Positions 39,666-48,599 of a stretch of DNA of 64,000 nt are shown piece by piece (position 1 is the first letter of the stretch; the number at the start of each line of letters is the position of its first letter). The stretch covers positions 71,168-135,167 of the forward strand of contig JBAYKW010000001.1 in the NCBI GenBank assembly GCA_041664365.1, read 5' to 3'. Under the pieces are notes generated by a model. The model saw only the letters and a list, made by a program, of their open reading frames with translations. It was not told the origin of the DNA and ran no database searches. A program made the translations under genes and the position numbers. Source of the DNA: Patescibacteria group bacterium. Its GTDB lineage: Bacteria > Patescibacteriota > Patescibacteriia > UM-FILTER-42-10.

Positions 39666-40466
39666 GTGGAAAATAATTATTTATTGGCTTTTGCATTAAC
39701 TTTATTTGCAGGACTTTCGACAGGGATCGGAAGCGCTGTGGTTTTTTTTACAAAAAAACCGTCAGGAAAATTCCTATCTGTTTCACTGGGTTTTTCAGCA
39801 GGCGTGATGATTTATGTGTCGTTCATGGAATTACTGCCGAATGGTATTTCTAAACTCGGAGAGAAAATGAATGGATCGGGCGAATGGGTTGGTCTGCTGG
39901 CTTTTTTTGTTGGAATATTTACGGTTGCATTAATTGATAAACTGATTCCAAGTCATGATAACCCACATGAAGTGCATACTATGGAAGATATTGAAAATGA
40001 TACCTTGGGTCATCATCACAAGATGTATAGAATTGGGTTGTTGTCCGCGCTGGTTATTGCAATCCACAACTTTCCTGAAGGTCTGGTTACTTTTGCCGGA
40101 ACGATCGCTGAGCCCTCACTTGGCATAACGCTTGCGATCGCCGTTGCCATCCACAATATACCCGAAGGGATAGCAGTCGCAGTTCCGGTATTGTATGCTA
40201 CAAAAAGCAAAAAGAAAGCGTTTTGGTTTTCTATTTTTTCCGGTATCGCAGAACCGGTCGGCGCAGTTGCAGGATATTTTGTTTTATCATGGATATTCAC
40301 CGATATACTTATTGGAATACTTTTATCATATGTCTCGGGTATAATGGTATTCATATCTCTTGATCAATTGCTTCCAACCGCCAAAGCATACGGTGAGCAT
40401 CATCTTGCGATTTATGGATTAGTCGCTGGCATGGCTTTAATGGGAGCTAGTCTACTATTATTCTAA
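39666..40466 (+). CDS. zupT: Zinc transporter ZupT
   Basis: AGLSTGIG, AGVMIYVSF.E, HNFPEG, HNIPEG. Confidence 0.9.
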   Translation: MENNYLLAFALTLFAGLSTGIGSAVVFFTKKPSGKFLSVSLGFSAGVMIYVSFMELLPNGISKLGEKMNGSGEWVGLLAFFVGIFTVALIDKLIPSHDNPHEVHTMEDIENDTLGHHHKMYRIGLLSALVIAIHNFPEGLVTFAGTIAEPSLGITLAIAVAIHNIPEGIAVAVPVLYATKSKKKAFWFSIFSGIAEPVGAVAGYFVLSWIFTDILIGILLSYVSGIMVFISLDQLLPTAKAYGEHHLAIYGLVAGMALMGASLLLF

Positions 40467-40487
40467 ATATTTTGCTAAAATAATTGT

Positions 40488-41159
40488 ATGCATTTACCGG
40501 ACGGGTTTATTGATACAAAAATTGCAGCTTCTTTTCTGGGAGCGGCTTTGACTTTCGGCGCATTCTCAATTGCAAAAATCAAAAAAAACATTTTAGTTAA
40601 GAATAAAAAATTTGCTTTAGTTACACCGGAAGGAATTAATTTCGGGTCTGGTGAGACTATGGGAATTTCAAAGTACGGAAGGAAACTGCTGATCAACATG
40701 GTTTTGGTTGGGTCATATATTTTTGTAATGCAGATGGTGGATTTTGAACTCGTAGGTGGTCAAATTGGCCATTTTCTTGGCGGAGCGCTGGCCGGCATTT
40801 TGCTCGGACCTTTTGCCGGTATGATAGTTATTTCCATAGTTCTCGCGATCCAGGCATTTTTTATGGCGGATGGGGGAATGATTGCACTTGGCTTGAATAT
40901 AGTTAACATGGCGGTAATCGGCGCGGCGGGCGGGTATTATATTTTCACGTTTATCAGAAAAAGTGTTAGACACAGAACTATTGCAGTTTTACTTGCTGTG
41001 TTCTTAAGCGTTGTACTTGCAGCCTTTGCTTACGAATTAGAATCAATGATGACTGGTGCTATTTTTAATCCGGCATTTATTCAAACTCACATGATTGTCG
41101 GTTTGGCTGAAGGATTCATTACATTACTGATGCTTAGGGCATTTAATTTTAAAGAATAG
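40488..41159 (+). CDS. CbiM/NikM-type ECF metal-binding S component
   Basis: N-terminal MHLPDG metal-binding motif, GH.LGG.LAGILLGP, ADGG..ALG.N..NM. Confidence 0.85.
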   Translation: MHLPDGFIDTKIAASFLGAALTFGAFSIAKIKKNILVKNKKFALVTPEGINFGSGETMGISKYGRKLLINMVLVGSYIFVMQMVDFELVGGQIGHFLGGALAGILLGPFAGMIVISIVLAIQAFFMADGGMIALGLNIVNMAVIGAAGGYYIFTFIRKSVRHRTIAVLLAVFLSVVLAAFAYELESMMTGAIFNPAFIQTHMIVGLAEGFITLLMLRAFNFKE

Positions 41160-41213
41160 ATAATCCCAAAAAGCTGATTGGACGTGAATCAGTTTTTTTA
41201 ATACAATGGATCT

Positions 41214-42197
41214 ATGCAATCCACAGACAAAATTTACGGAGACATCGAAATAACGGAGCCGGTGGTTTTGGCATTGATTGAAACCCCGCAAATGCAGCGG
41301 CTGAAAAAAATCCACCAATACGGCATTTATCATTATTTCTATCCGGAAGCAGGTACTACCCGCTTTGAACATTCGCTGGGTGTTTACTGGATATTGAATC
41401 AGTTCGGAGCAAGCCTTGAGGAGCAGATTGCGGGGCTGTTGCATGATATTTCCCATGGTACTTTTTCACACGTCATGGATCATTTGTACAATCGCTACGA
41501 AAAAGAAGACTACCAGGAAAGTGTGAACGAGAAATATTTTCAGACTGATATCAGTACGGTTTTGCGCAGGTTTAATATTGACCCTGCCGTTGTGGAAGAT
41601 ATTAAAAGATGGCCGCTCGCGGAGAACAATCTGCCGGATATCTGCGCGGATCGTCTGCAATATACGCTGGCTGATGCTGTTACTGCGAATAAAACTGACC
41701 AAAAGAAGGCAATGACAATAATCAGCGATCTGACAGTGAAGAATAATATGATTGTTTTCCGGGATGCAAATATTGCGAAAGAATTTGCCGAATTGTCATT
41801 ATGGATGTGCGGGAATTTTTGGCACTCGAACTGGGGTGTTTATTCCTATGATATGCTGAAAAATATTCTGGTGATGGCAATGGACGCAGGTATACTGAAT
41901 AAAGAAGATCTGGATACTGATGATGACGCGGTAATCATGAAATTAGAAAATTGCAAAAACAAAGATATTGTTTATGCGACCATGAGACTGAAAAATCTTG
42001 ACCGCAGCAAAGTTATTGAAGATGTGGACAACTATGACTATATTCACAAAAAATCCAAAATGCGCGTGATTGATCCACTGATAATTATTGGTGATAATAT
42101 GACTAGGGTTTCTGAAATCTATCCCGAATTTAAGATGGGATTTGAACAAGAAAAGATTAGGGTGAATAGCCCCCGGTATTTAAAACTTATTGATTAG
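41214..42197 (+). CDS. HD-domain phosphohydrolase
   Basis: MQRLK.IHQ.G, TRFEHSLG, LLHDISH..FSH, ADRLQY. Confidence 0.9.
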   Translation: MQSTDKIYGDIEITEPVVLALIETPQMQRLKKIHQYGIYHYFYPEAGTTRFEHSLGVYWILNQFGASLEEQIAGLLHDISHGTFSHVMDHLYNRYEKEDYQESVNEKYFQTDISTVLRRFNIDPAVVEDIKRWPLAENNLPDICADRLQYTLADAVTANKTDQKKAMTIISDLTVKNNMIVFRDANIAKEFAELSLWMCGNFWHSNWGVYSYDMLKNILVMAMDAGILNKEDLDTDDDAVIMKLENCKNKDIVYATMRLKNLDRSKVIEDVDNYDYIHKKSKMRVIDPLIIIGDNMTRVSEIYPEFKMGFEQEKIRVNSPRYLKLID

Positions 42198-42622
42198 TCT
42201 TTGTTTGGCCGAGCATTGTAGCTTTCAAATGCTGGTTTTAGGTTATCAATAAGTTTGAATTTCATGTATTCTTTCGGATTAATCCATTCATATTTATCAT
42301 GATCATCACTTAAGTTAACTTGGTCGGTGTCGGCCTGACATTCGAAAAAGATCCCGACAATTTGCCACAGCTCACCGTTTTTTTCCGGTCGCCATTCGTT
42401 CACAAAAAACGGATCTCCGATTGCGATATTTAACCCGGTTTCTTCTTTAATCTCTCTGCGCAGACTTTCATCAAACCTTTGTCCCGGTTTAACCCGCCCG
42501 CCGGGAATATCATAATATCCCTCATTAGTGCCGTCCTTATATTTTCCTGATTCCCGAAGAATCAGTATTTTACCGTTATATTTGATAAATGCTTTAGTGG
42601 CAGTGAATTGTTTTATATCCAT
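42194..42622 (-). CDS. NUDIX hydrolase
   Basis: PGG.VKPGQ....LRREIKEETGL Nudix box. Confidence 0.9.
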   Translation of the reverse strand: MDIKQFTATKAFIKYNGKILILRESGKYKDGTNEGYYDIPGGRVKPGQRFDESLRREIKEETGLNIAIGDPFFVNEWRPEKNGELWQIVGIFFECQADTDQVNLSDDHDKYEWINPKEYMKFKLIDNLKPAFESYNARPNKD

Positions 42623-42627
42623 AGAAA

Positions 42628-43017
42628 TTATATTTTAAGGATAAAATCAAATAATATTCCCAGTATCAATGCGATCCCGGAAAGTATAAAAATCGCATAG
42701 TTATTCCATTTTTCTTTGGAGGATACCAGCGTGCCGAGAATATAACGCAGTGCTTTTTTATCATCGTCGGTCAAATGGTCTAAGCTGTCCATTTTCTCGC
42801 GTAGTTTATGTTCTACAATTAATTTTGATCGTTTTTTTGAGATGTCGAATCGATGAATAAAATAAATAATGAATCCGATAGTACCGATGTACCAGAATAT
42901 TTTTACTACAGTCGCGTCATTAATAACAATTATAGCGCGGTAAGCAAATGTAGCGATTATGCCGGACCAAAAATAAAACAACCGTAGCGGTTTTGGACTT
43001 GTTTTCGGTTCTTCCAT
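42628..43017 (-). CDS. Small membrane protein
   Basis: Three TM helices, 129 aa. Confidence 0.65.
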   Translation of the reverse strand: MEEPKTSPKPLRLFYFWSGIIATFAYRAIIVINDATVVKIFWYIGTIGFIIYFIHRFDISKKRSKLIVEHKLREKMDSLDHLTDDDKKALRYILGTLVSSKEKWNNYAIFILSGIALILGILFDFILKI

Positions 43018-43051
43018 GTTTTTTAAATATCCCTTCTAGTTCTATTTATAA

Positions 43052-44251
43052 TTATTTACCCCAGATAGCGTTTAACAATTTTATCCTAGTGATCATAAAA
43101 GAGGGAATTAGGCTGACCAGAATTGAAACAATGATAATTGATTCCATCCGGAAAATGAAATCCGCAGGCTCAATTGCTAATGTGGCGTCAACAATCGGCA
43201 ATACAAAAGGGTGAGCGATAAAATACGGCATAATTGCACCGAAAAACAATGCAGCGCCTAGAGCAACGCCGATCACGGAATATATAGAAGAGATTATTAC
43301 GTACGCGGAACGGATGATATAAGGTTTCACGCCGATCGCCCTTAGAATTCCAATTTGCTGTTTTTTATTTGAGATATCTATGTAAACGACAATAAATATT
43401 GTAACTGCGGCAATCAGCGTGGCGACCAGACTTAAAATGAAATCAATTGACAGAAAACTAGTCGTTACCGAGTTCATCATACCGGCCGCGTCCTCCCAGG
43501 TATAGTATGTTCCATGAATTCCACTTTCTTTTATTTGTTCTATCACTGCCTGCTCATCACGGGGTTCATTAAGCCGGACTAAAGCGGTATTTGCCTGATC
43601 AGCTAATGATGGAAAAACCGAATCCAATCCTGCGTATGTGATGAATGCGGTATTGTCCACGGACATATATTTTGAATTAAATATTCCCCTTACGACAAAC
43701 TCTTTTTCAATGCCGTTAAGATTTGCTTTTATGACATCACCGATTTCCGCGTGCAGGGAGAAAGCGTCTAGTTCCGCGACATCTCCGCCGGCAATCTGTT
43801 TGCCGAGAATAATTCCACTCTGATCGCCGGACTTTAAGTATTCTCCGGAAATCATATTGTCAAAAATCTTTGTTACTTTTATTTCTTGTTCGGGATTAAT
43901 TGCATTAACAATCCAGTTACCGTTTTTTTCACCCAATGCAAGATTTCCACCGATTTCAAACTGCGTGGTTACCGATTCAATACCGGGGATTTGTACAATT
44001 TTTTCAATAACATTGTTTCGGTTTTCAAAAACATCTTTTCCGCTGTTCGGTTTAATCAAAATGTGACCGGAATACATATTAATTACCTGTTCGTTTGATC
44101 CCTTAATAACACCTTTAAAAAGCGAGGAAACAAAAACTAGGTTGATAAATGCAGCCGCCATTAAGAATATTATCAAAAAGAAAGTCCACTTACTGCCACG
44201 GGTAATCTGTCGGAATGCAAGGAAAAATGGAATTTTGAATTCATATTTCAT
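43052..44251 (-). CDS. MacB/FtsX/LolE-type ABC permease
   Basis: TM1, large extracytoplasmic domain, QIGILRAIG motif. Confidence 0.88.
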   Translation of the reverse strand: MKYEFKIPFFLAFRQITRGSKWTFFLIIFLMAAAFINLVFVSSLFKGVIKGSNEQVINMYSGHILIKPNSGKDVFENRNNVIEKIVQIPGIESVTTQFEIGGNLALGEKNGNWIVNAINPEQEIKVTKIFDNMISGEYLKSGDQSGIILGKQIAGGDVAELDAFSLHAEIGDVIKANLNGIEKEFVVRGIFNSKYMSVDNTAFITYAGLDSVFPSLADQANTALVRLNEPRDEQAVIEQIKESGIHGTYYTWEDAAGMMNSVTTSFLSIDFILSLVATLIAAVTIFIVVYIDISNKKQQIGILRAIGVKPYIIRSAYVIISSIYSVIGVALGAALFFGAIMPYFIAHPFVLPIVDATLAIEPADFIFRMESIIIVSILVSLIPSFMITRIKLLNAIWGK

Positions 44252-44919
44252 AATAAAATCCCATCTCTTAATTCAATAATTCTGCTGGCATAACTTTTTT
44301 CGTCCTGTTCGTGGGAAATCATCACAATTGTATGACCTTCAGCGTGCAGTCTCTCAAAAATTTCCAGAATTCCTGCGGCTGCGACTGAATCCAGGTTGGC
44401 GGTCGGTTCATCAGCAAAAAGTATTTTTGGGTTGTTGATCAGAGCGCGGGCAATCGCTACCTTCTGCTGTTCTCCTCCGGACATTTGTTTCGGCTGGTGT
44501 TTGAGCCGGTTTTCCAAACCGACTTTTTTCAGTAAATCAATTGCTCTTGGTCTGCATATTTTTGTCGGTTCAGTCAGCATGGCTGGGAGCATTACGTTTT
44601 CAATGGCGTTTAATTCCGGTATTAATGCGTATTCCTGAAAAATATAGCCGATTTTATTGTGGCGGATTCCGCGTCGGTGCTTCTCATTCAGATGAGTTAC
44701 TTCATCACCGTCCAGATATATTTCACCGCGGTTCGGCCAGTCCAAAAGTCCGATCTGGCGGAGTAGGGTGGATTTTCCTGATCCGTTTCTGCCGGTAATA
44801 ATCAAAAATTCTCCTTCTTGAATATCTAAGGAGATTTTTCGGAGTGCCTTAACCTTGATTTCGCCAAGGTTATATGTTTTCTCAATATTTTTAATTGAGA
44901 TGATTGCTTGCTGTTCCAT
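44248..44919 (-). CDS. LolD/MacB-type ABC ATP-binding protein
   Basis: GRNGSGKST, MSGGEQQK, ADEPTANLD; likely start MEQQA. Confidence 0.92.
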   Translation of the reverse strand: MEQQAIISIKNIEKTYNLGEIKVKALRKISLDIQEGEFLIITGRNGSGKSTLLRQIGLLDWPNRGEIYLDGDEVTHLNEKHRRGIRHNKIGYIFQEYALIPELNAIENVMLPAMLTEPTKICRPRAIDLLKKVGLENRLKHQPKQMSGGEQQKVAIARALINNPKILFADEPTANLDSVAAAGILEIFERLHAEGHTIVMISHEQDEKSYASRIIELRDGILL

Positions 44920-45035
44920 AAACGTCTTGTATTTTGACTGGATTATAGCATAAATCCCCAAAATTGTTAATAAAACTTGCTATTTACGGCTTAAACAGTT
45001 AAACTTAACGCGCATTAATTATTACTAAAAATTCC

Positions 45036-45671
45036 ATGAAAAATTTTAACAGAAACGGAAAATCATTTGACCGGAAAAACGGTCCCAGTTTTGACCGCAG
45101 AGAATCAATGAGCGGCGGATACAACAGAGGGGGTGATTCGGATCATCACGTAATGCATCAAGCGGTTTGCTCGGAATGCGGTCAGAGCTGCGAAGTACCG
45201 TTTAAACCGACCGGTAATAAGCCGGTTTACTGCAGTAACTGCTTTAAAGGCAAGGACAAATCAAGTTCTAGCCGATCTTTTGGCAGGGATTTTGGCAAAC
45301 CGAATTTTTATGAAAAGAAAATGTTTAAAGCCACCTGTTCCCAGTGCGGACAGAGTTGCGAAGTACCATTCAGACCTACAGGGGAGAAGCCGGTTCTATG
45401 TTCCAGCTGTTTTGGCAAAGATCCGAGAAGCACAGATCGAAAGCCAAGTGATGTGAATAGTGGAAAGTTCGATGGTCAGTTGAAGACTATTAACGAGAAG
45501 CTGGATAAAATATTAAGACAATTAGCACAAACTGAAACAAATGTTTCCCCAGTAAAAGAAAAAACTGTTATCAAACCAGAAGTGAAGAAGAAGGAAACAG
45601 CAAAAGCTGCGGTAAAAAAGAAGGTGGTTAAGACGGTTAAAGTAAAGCCAAAAGCAAAGAAGAAAAAATAA
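45036..45671 (+). CDS. Protein with two CxxC-x17-CxxC zinc ribbons and a Lys-rich tail
   Basis: CSECG..CEVPFKPTG.KPVYCSNCF and CSQCG..CEVPFRPTG.KPVLCSSCF. Confidence 0.88.
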   Translation: MKNFNRNGKSFDRKNGPSFDRRESMSGGYNRGGDSDHHVMHQAVCSECGQSCEVPFKPTGNKPVYCSNCFKGKDKSSSSRSFGRDFGKPNFYEKKMFKATCSQCGQSCEVPFRPTGEKPVLCSSCFGKDPRSTDRKPSDVNSGKFDGQLKTINEKLDKILRQLAQTETNVSPVKEKTVIKPEVKKKETAKAAVKKKVVKTVKVKPKAKKKK

Positions 45672-45859
45672 GCACACAACTATTTTTGGCTTGTATATTT
45701 AGAATATATTTGTTATTGTGATAATACCTTGAGTGCTGGGGAGTGAAAAAGCAAAAAGTCCTTCCAAGGAAGGTGCTTTGGAACTATGAACTAGCATTAA
45801 TTATAACCGGTCAACAGCCGGTTTTTTGTGAATTAATTTGGTTATGTCATAATTACTAT

Positions 45860-46780
45860 ATGGATATTCAGACAAAATTGTTTATTCTGTTCGGAGTAGT
45901 TGTTACTCTGTTTTTAATTATTGATCTCGGTTTTTTTAACCGGAAAAGCCATAAAATTGAATTCAGACCGGCATTATATCAGTCAATATTCTGGATAGTG
46001 ATTTCTGTGCTCTTTGGTCTGCTGATATATATTTACATGGACAGGGAATTGGCAGCTCAGTTTATGAGTGCCTATGTAACGGAAAAAATGTTGTCTGTCG
46101 ACAATCTGTTTGTGATTATGCTTATCTTCAGCTATTTTAAGCTAGAGGAAAAATATCATCACAGAGTGCTGTTCTGGGGTATTATGGGGGCAATTGTATT
46201 CAGAGGAGTATTTATCGGTGTTGGTGCATATATTATTCATCAATTTCACTGGGTACTTTATGTTTTTGGTGCAGTACTGCTTTATACTGGAATTAAGCTT
46301 TTACGTGATAAAAAAGAAGAGCATATTCATTTTAATGATAATAAGATTATCAAGCTCGCGCGTAAATATTTACCATTCACGGTAAATCATCATAATGGCA
46401 AATTCTTCACCCGAGAGCACGGTAAGTTTATGTTTACTTCACTATTTATGATCATGATATTGATTGAAGCGACAGATATTCTTTTTGCTGTAGATTCTAT
46501 TCCAGCAGTTTTCGCAATATCTCAAAATTTCTTTATCGTTTTCACCTCAAACATCTTTGCAATCCTGGGGTTAAGGGCACTGTTTTTCCTGATTGAAAGT
46601 GTTCTGCATCGATTTCATCATTTACAAAAAGGACTAGCATTTATCCTTCTGTTTATTGGAATAAAAATGCTTTCTGGAATTCTTGGCGTTCACATATCAT
46701 CCTTAGTTTCATTTGGCATAATTATGTTTGCGCTTTTCTCATCAATTATTTTATCAATTCTGTTTCCGAAGAAAATATAA
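45860..46780 (+). CDS. TerC/Alx-family membrane protein
   Basis: EKMLSVDNLFV, VLFWGIMGAIVFR, DILFAVDSIPAVFAI, SNIFAILGLRALFF; likely start MDIQTK. Confidence 0.92.
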   Translation: MDIQTKLFILFGVVVTLFLIIDLGFFNRKSHKIEFRPALYQSIFWIVISVLFGLLIYIYMDRELAAQFMSAYVTEKMLSVDNLFVIMLIFSYFKLEEKYHHRVLFWGIMGAIVFRGVFIGVGAYIIHQFHWVLYVFGAVLLYTGIKLLRDKKEEHIHFNDNKIIKLARKYLPFTVNHHNGKFFTREHGKFMFTSLFMIMILIEATDILFAVDSIPAVFAISQNFFIVFTSNIFAILGLRALFFLIESVLHRFHHLQKGLAFILLFIGIKMLSGILGVHISSLVSFGIIMFALFSSIILSILFPKKI

Positions 46781-46821
46781 GTCAGTGAATGACGGCATAT
46801 TTTATATTACATAAGTTACTT

Positions 46822-47943
46822 TTATTTTGCGATAAAAAGCGAAATCCATTGGGAAAGTGACGAAGTAAACATTTCCGGTTTTTCGATTAGCAGTTTTTTC
46901 AGCTCGGATTGCTTGAACCATCTTACTTCAGCTACTTCCTCTGTTTGTAGCATGAATTCCTCAGCATTCTTGTTAATTGCCAAAGTAAACCATTGGATAA
47001 AAAAGTTGCTAGAATTCCGGACTCTTGTTTTTTCATATGACATGAACTTCAAACCAAAGATGCCAATTTCCTCCTTAGCTTCTTTTATTATGTTTTGTTC
47101 GTAGGTTTCTCCTGTTTCAACAGTCCCTGCGACAGCCGCGCTCCACTTCCCCGGATTAATACTTTTAGTTAACGCTCTTTTAGCTAATAATACATTGCCC
47201 TTTGAGTTAGTGATCCACAGTCCGGTCGCACGAAAAATATCACTTTTATTAATCTGATCTCTGTATTTAAATCCGATTTCCTCGTCATTTTCGTTTACAA
47301 CAGTGATTTTTTGTTTGGAATGTGATTGATAATTACCATTAATCATGATTTCAAACTTCCTAAGATCTCCCAGTAGTTTATCTGGATTCTGATACAAAAT
47401 TGTCTGCATGCCGAAGTGCTCTGCCGCTTCAACTACAACCGGTAGATCATCAATATATAAAACTTCTTTTGGCAGTACCTTTAATTTCTTTAAAGCATCG
47501 TCAAATAATTTCGTATCCGGTTTTTTTGATCCAAGTTGGTAGGTCAATGTAATGGAATCAAAAATATTCATATCAATTATAGGTTTAAACCCATATTCAA
47601 AATCCCACTCGCTGGTGCTGGATAAGAGTCCCAGCTTGTAATTTGGTTTTAGCTGATGAATCAGCTCGATTGTCTCCGGGATGGGAGTGAAGATTTTGGT
47701 ATAGGCTTCTCTAAACTGTTTCGGAGTTATTATTAAATCACATAATTCTATAACTTGATTGTAAAATTCATCGGAATTAATTTTGCCCTGCTCGTAATAA
47801 CTTGGTAGTTTTGATTTTTCATAAATTAATTTGCTCAACTCAAAAACAGATTTGCCGGTATGTTTGGCAATTTTATTCAAAAACAAGCCATTGTCAAAAC
47901 TGGCTATGACATTCCCGAAATCAAATATGATTGCTTTAATCAT
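46822..47943 (-). CDS. HAD phosphatase / NUDIX (IDI-like) fusion protein
   Basis: IIFDFGNV, KKPD, YIDD; then PGKWSAAVAGTVE..ETYE....KEAKEEIG. Confidence 0.85.
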   Translation of the reverse strand: MIKAIIFDFGNVIASFDNGLFLNKIAKHTGKSVFELSKLIYEKSKLPSYYEQGKINSDEFYNQVIELCDLIITPKQFREAYTKIFTPIPETIELIHQLKPNYKLGLLSSTSEWDFEYGFKPIIDMNIFDSITLTYQLGSKKPDTKLFDDALKKLKVLPKEVLYIDDLPVVVEAAEHFGMQTILYQNPDKLLGDLRKFEIMINGNYQSHSKQKITVVNENDEEIGFKYRDQINKSDIFRATGLWITNSKGNVLLAKRALTKSINPGKWSAAVAGTVETGETYEQNIIKEAKEEIGIFGLKFMSYEKTRVRNSSNFFIQWFTLAINKNAEEFMLQTEEVAEVRWFKQSELKKLLIEKPEMFTSSLSQWISLFIAK

Positions 47944-48047
47944 TGTCTATATAAAATAAGTGAAATAACCCAGCTTTAGCCATTATATCGCATATTGATT
48001 AAAAAAAACATCAAGCGGAGGCCTGATGTGATGAACGTTATGAGCTA

Positions 48048-48473
48048 TCATCCGGAAGGTCCGGACAGGGATATTGTGTACAGTCTCTGGCCGTACTCGA
48101 CCGGTTGACCGGTTTCGGCATGAATCTGCCTGATTGTACCCTCAAATTGGGAAACGACCGGGTTTTTCAGCCCGTGTATTTCAATATAACCCACGGTTTC
48201 GCCCTGCGAAACAAAACTGCCCTCGATGAGTGGCGGATTTTCCTCCAGATCGGCCGCGGCCAAAAACCATCCCACAGACGGCGATTCGATAGTACACAGC
48301 TGTTCCTGGACCGCCAACTTTTCCGCAGTCTGCGGCTGGCTGGCGGAACTGTCCGAAGGTGACATTCGAACACGGATCTTGGAAAATCCCCTCATGTTCC
48401 TTACTTCCAGCTCGGCAATAGTTGGATGCTCTTGGAGCAGGCTGACTATTTGCCGGACTTTTTTCAAGTCCAT
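48048..48473 (-). CDS. AccB/BCCP-like protein lacking the biotinylated lysine
   Basis: MDLKKVRQIV...I.ELE N-terminus, ESPSVG.F, GQPVEYGQ.L; EAMKM replaced by EIHGL; AAGGAG SD; TTGACA-17-TAAACT promoter. Confidence 0.78.
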   Translation of the reverse strand: MDLKKVRQIVSLLQEHPTIAELEVRNMRGFSKIRVRMSPSDSSASQPQTAEKLAVQEQLCTIESPSVGWFLAAADLEENPPLIEGSFVSQGETVGYIEIHGLKNPVVSQFEGTIRQIHAETGQPVEYGQRLYTISLSGPSG

Positions 48474-48599
48474 ATCTGCTCCTTTCTGGTGTTGAGCCGG
48501 TGGCAATGATCAAACGGGCTTTTTAGGCCATATAGAGTTTAGGCGTAAATTTTGGACATGTCAATAAAGTGTATTGATTGTAAAATAAAAGAAGTTATT

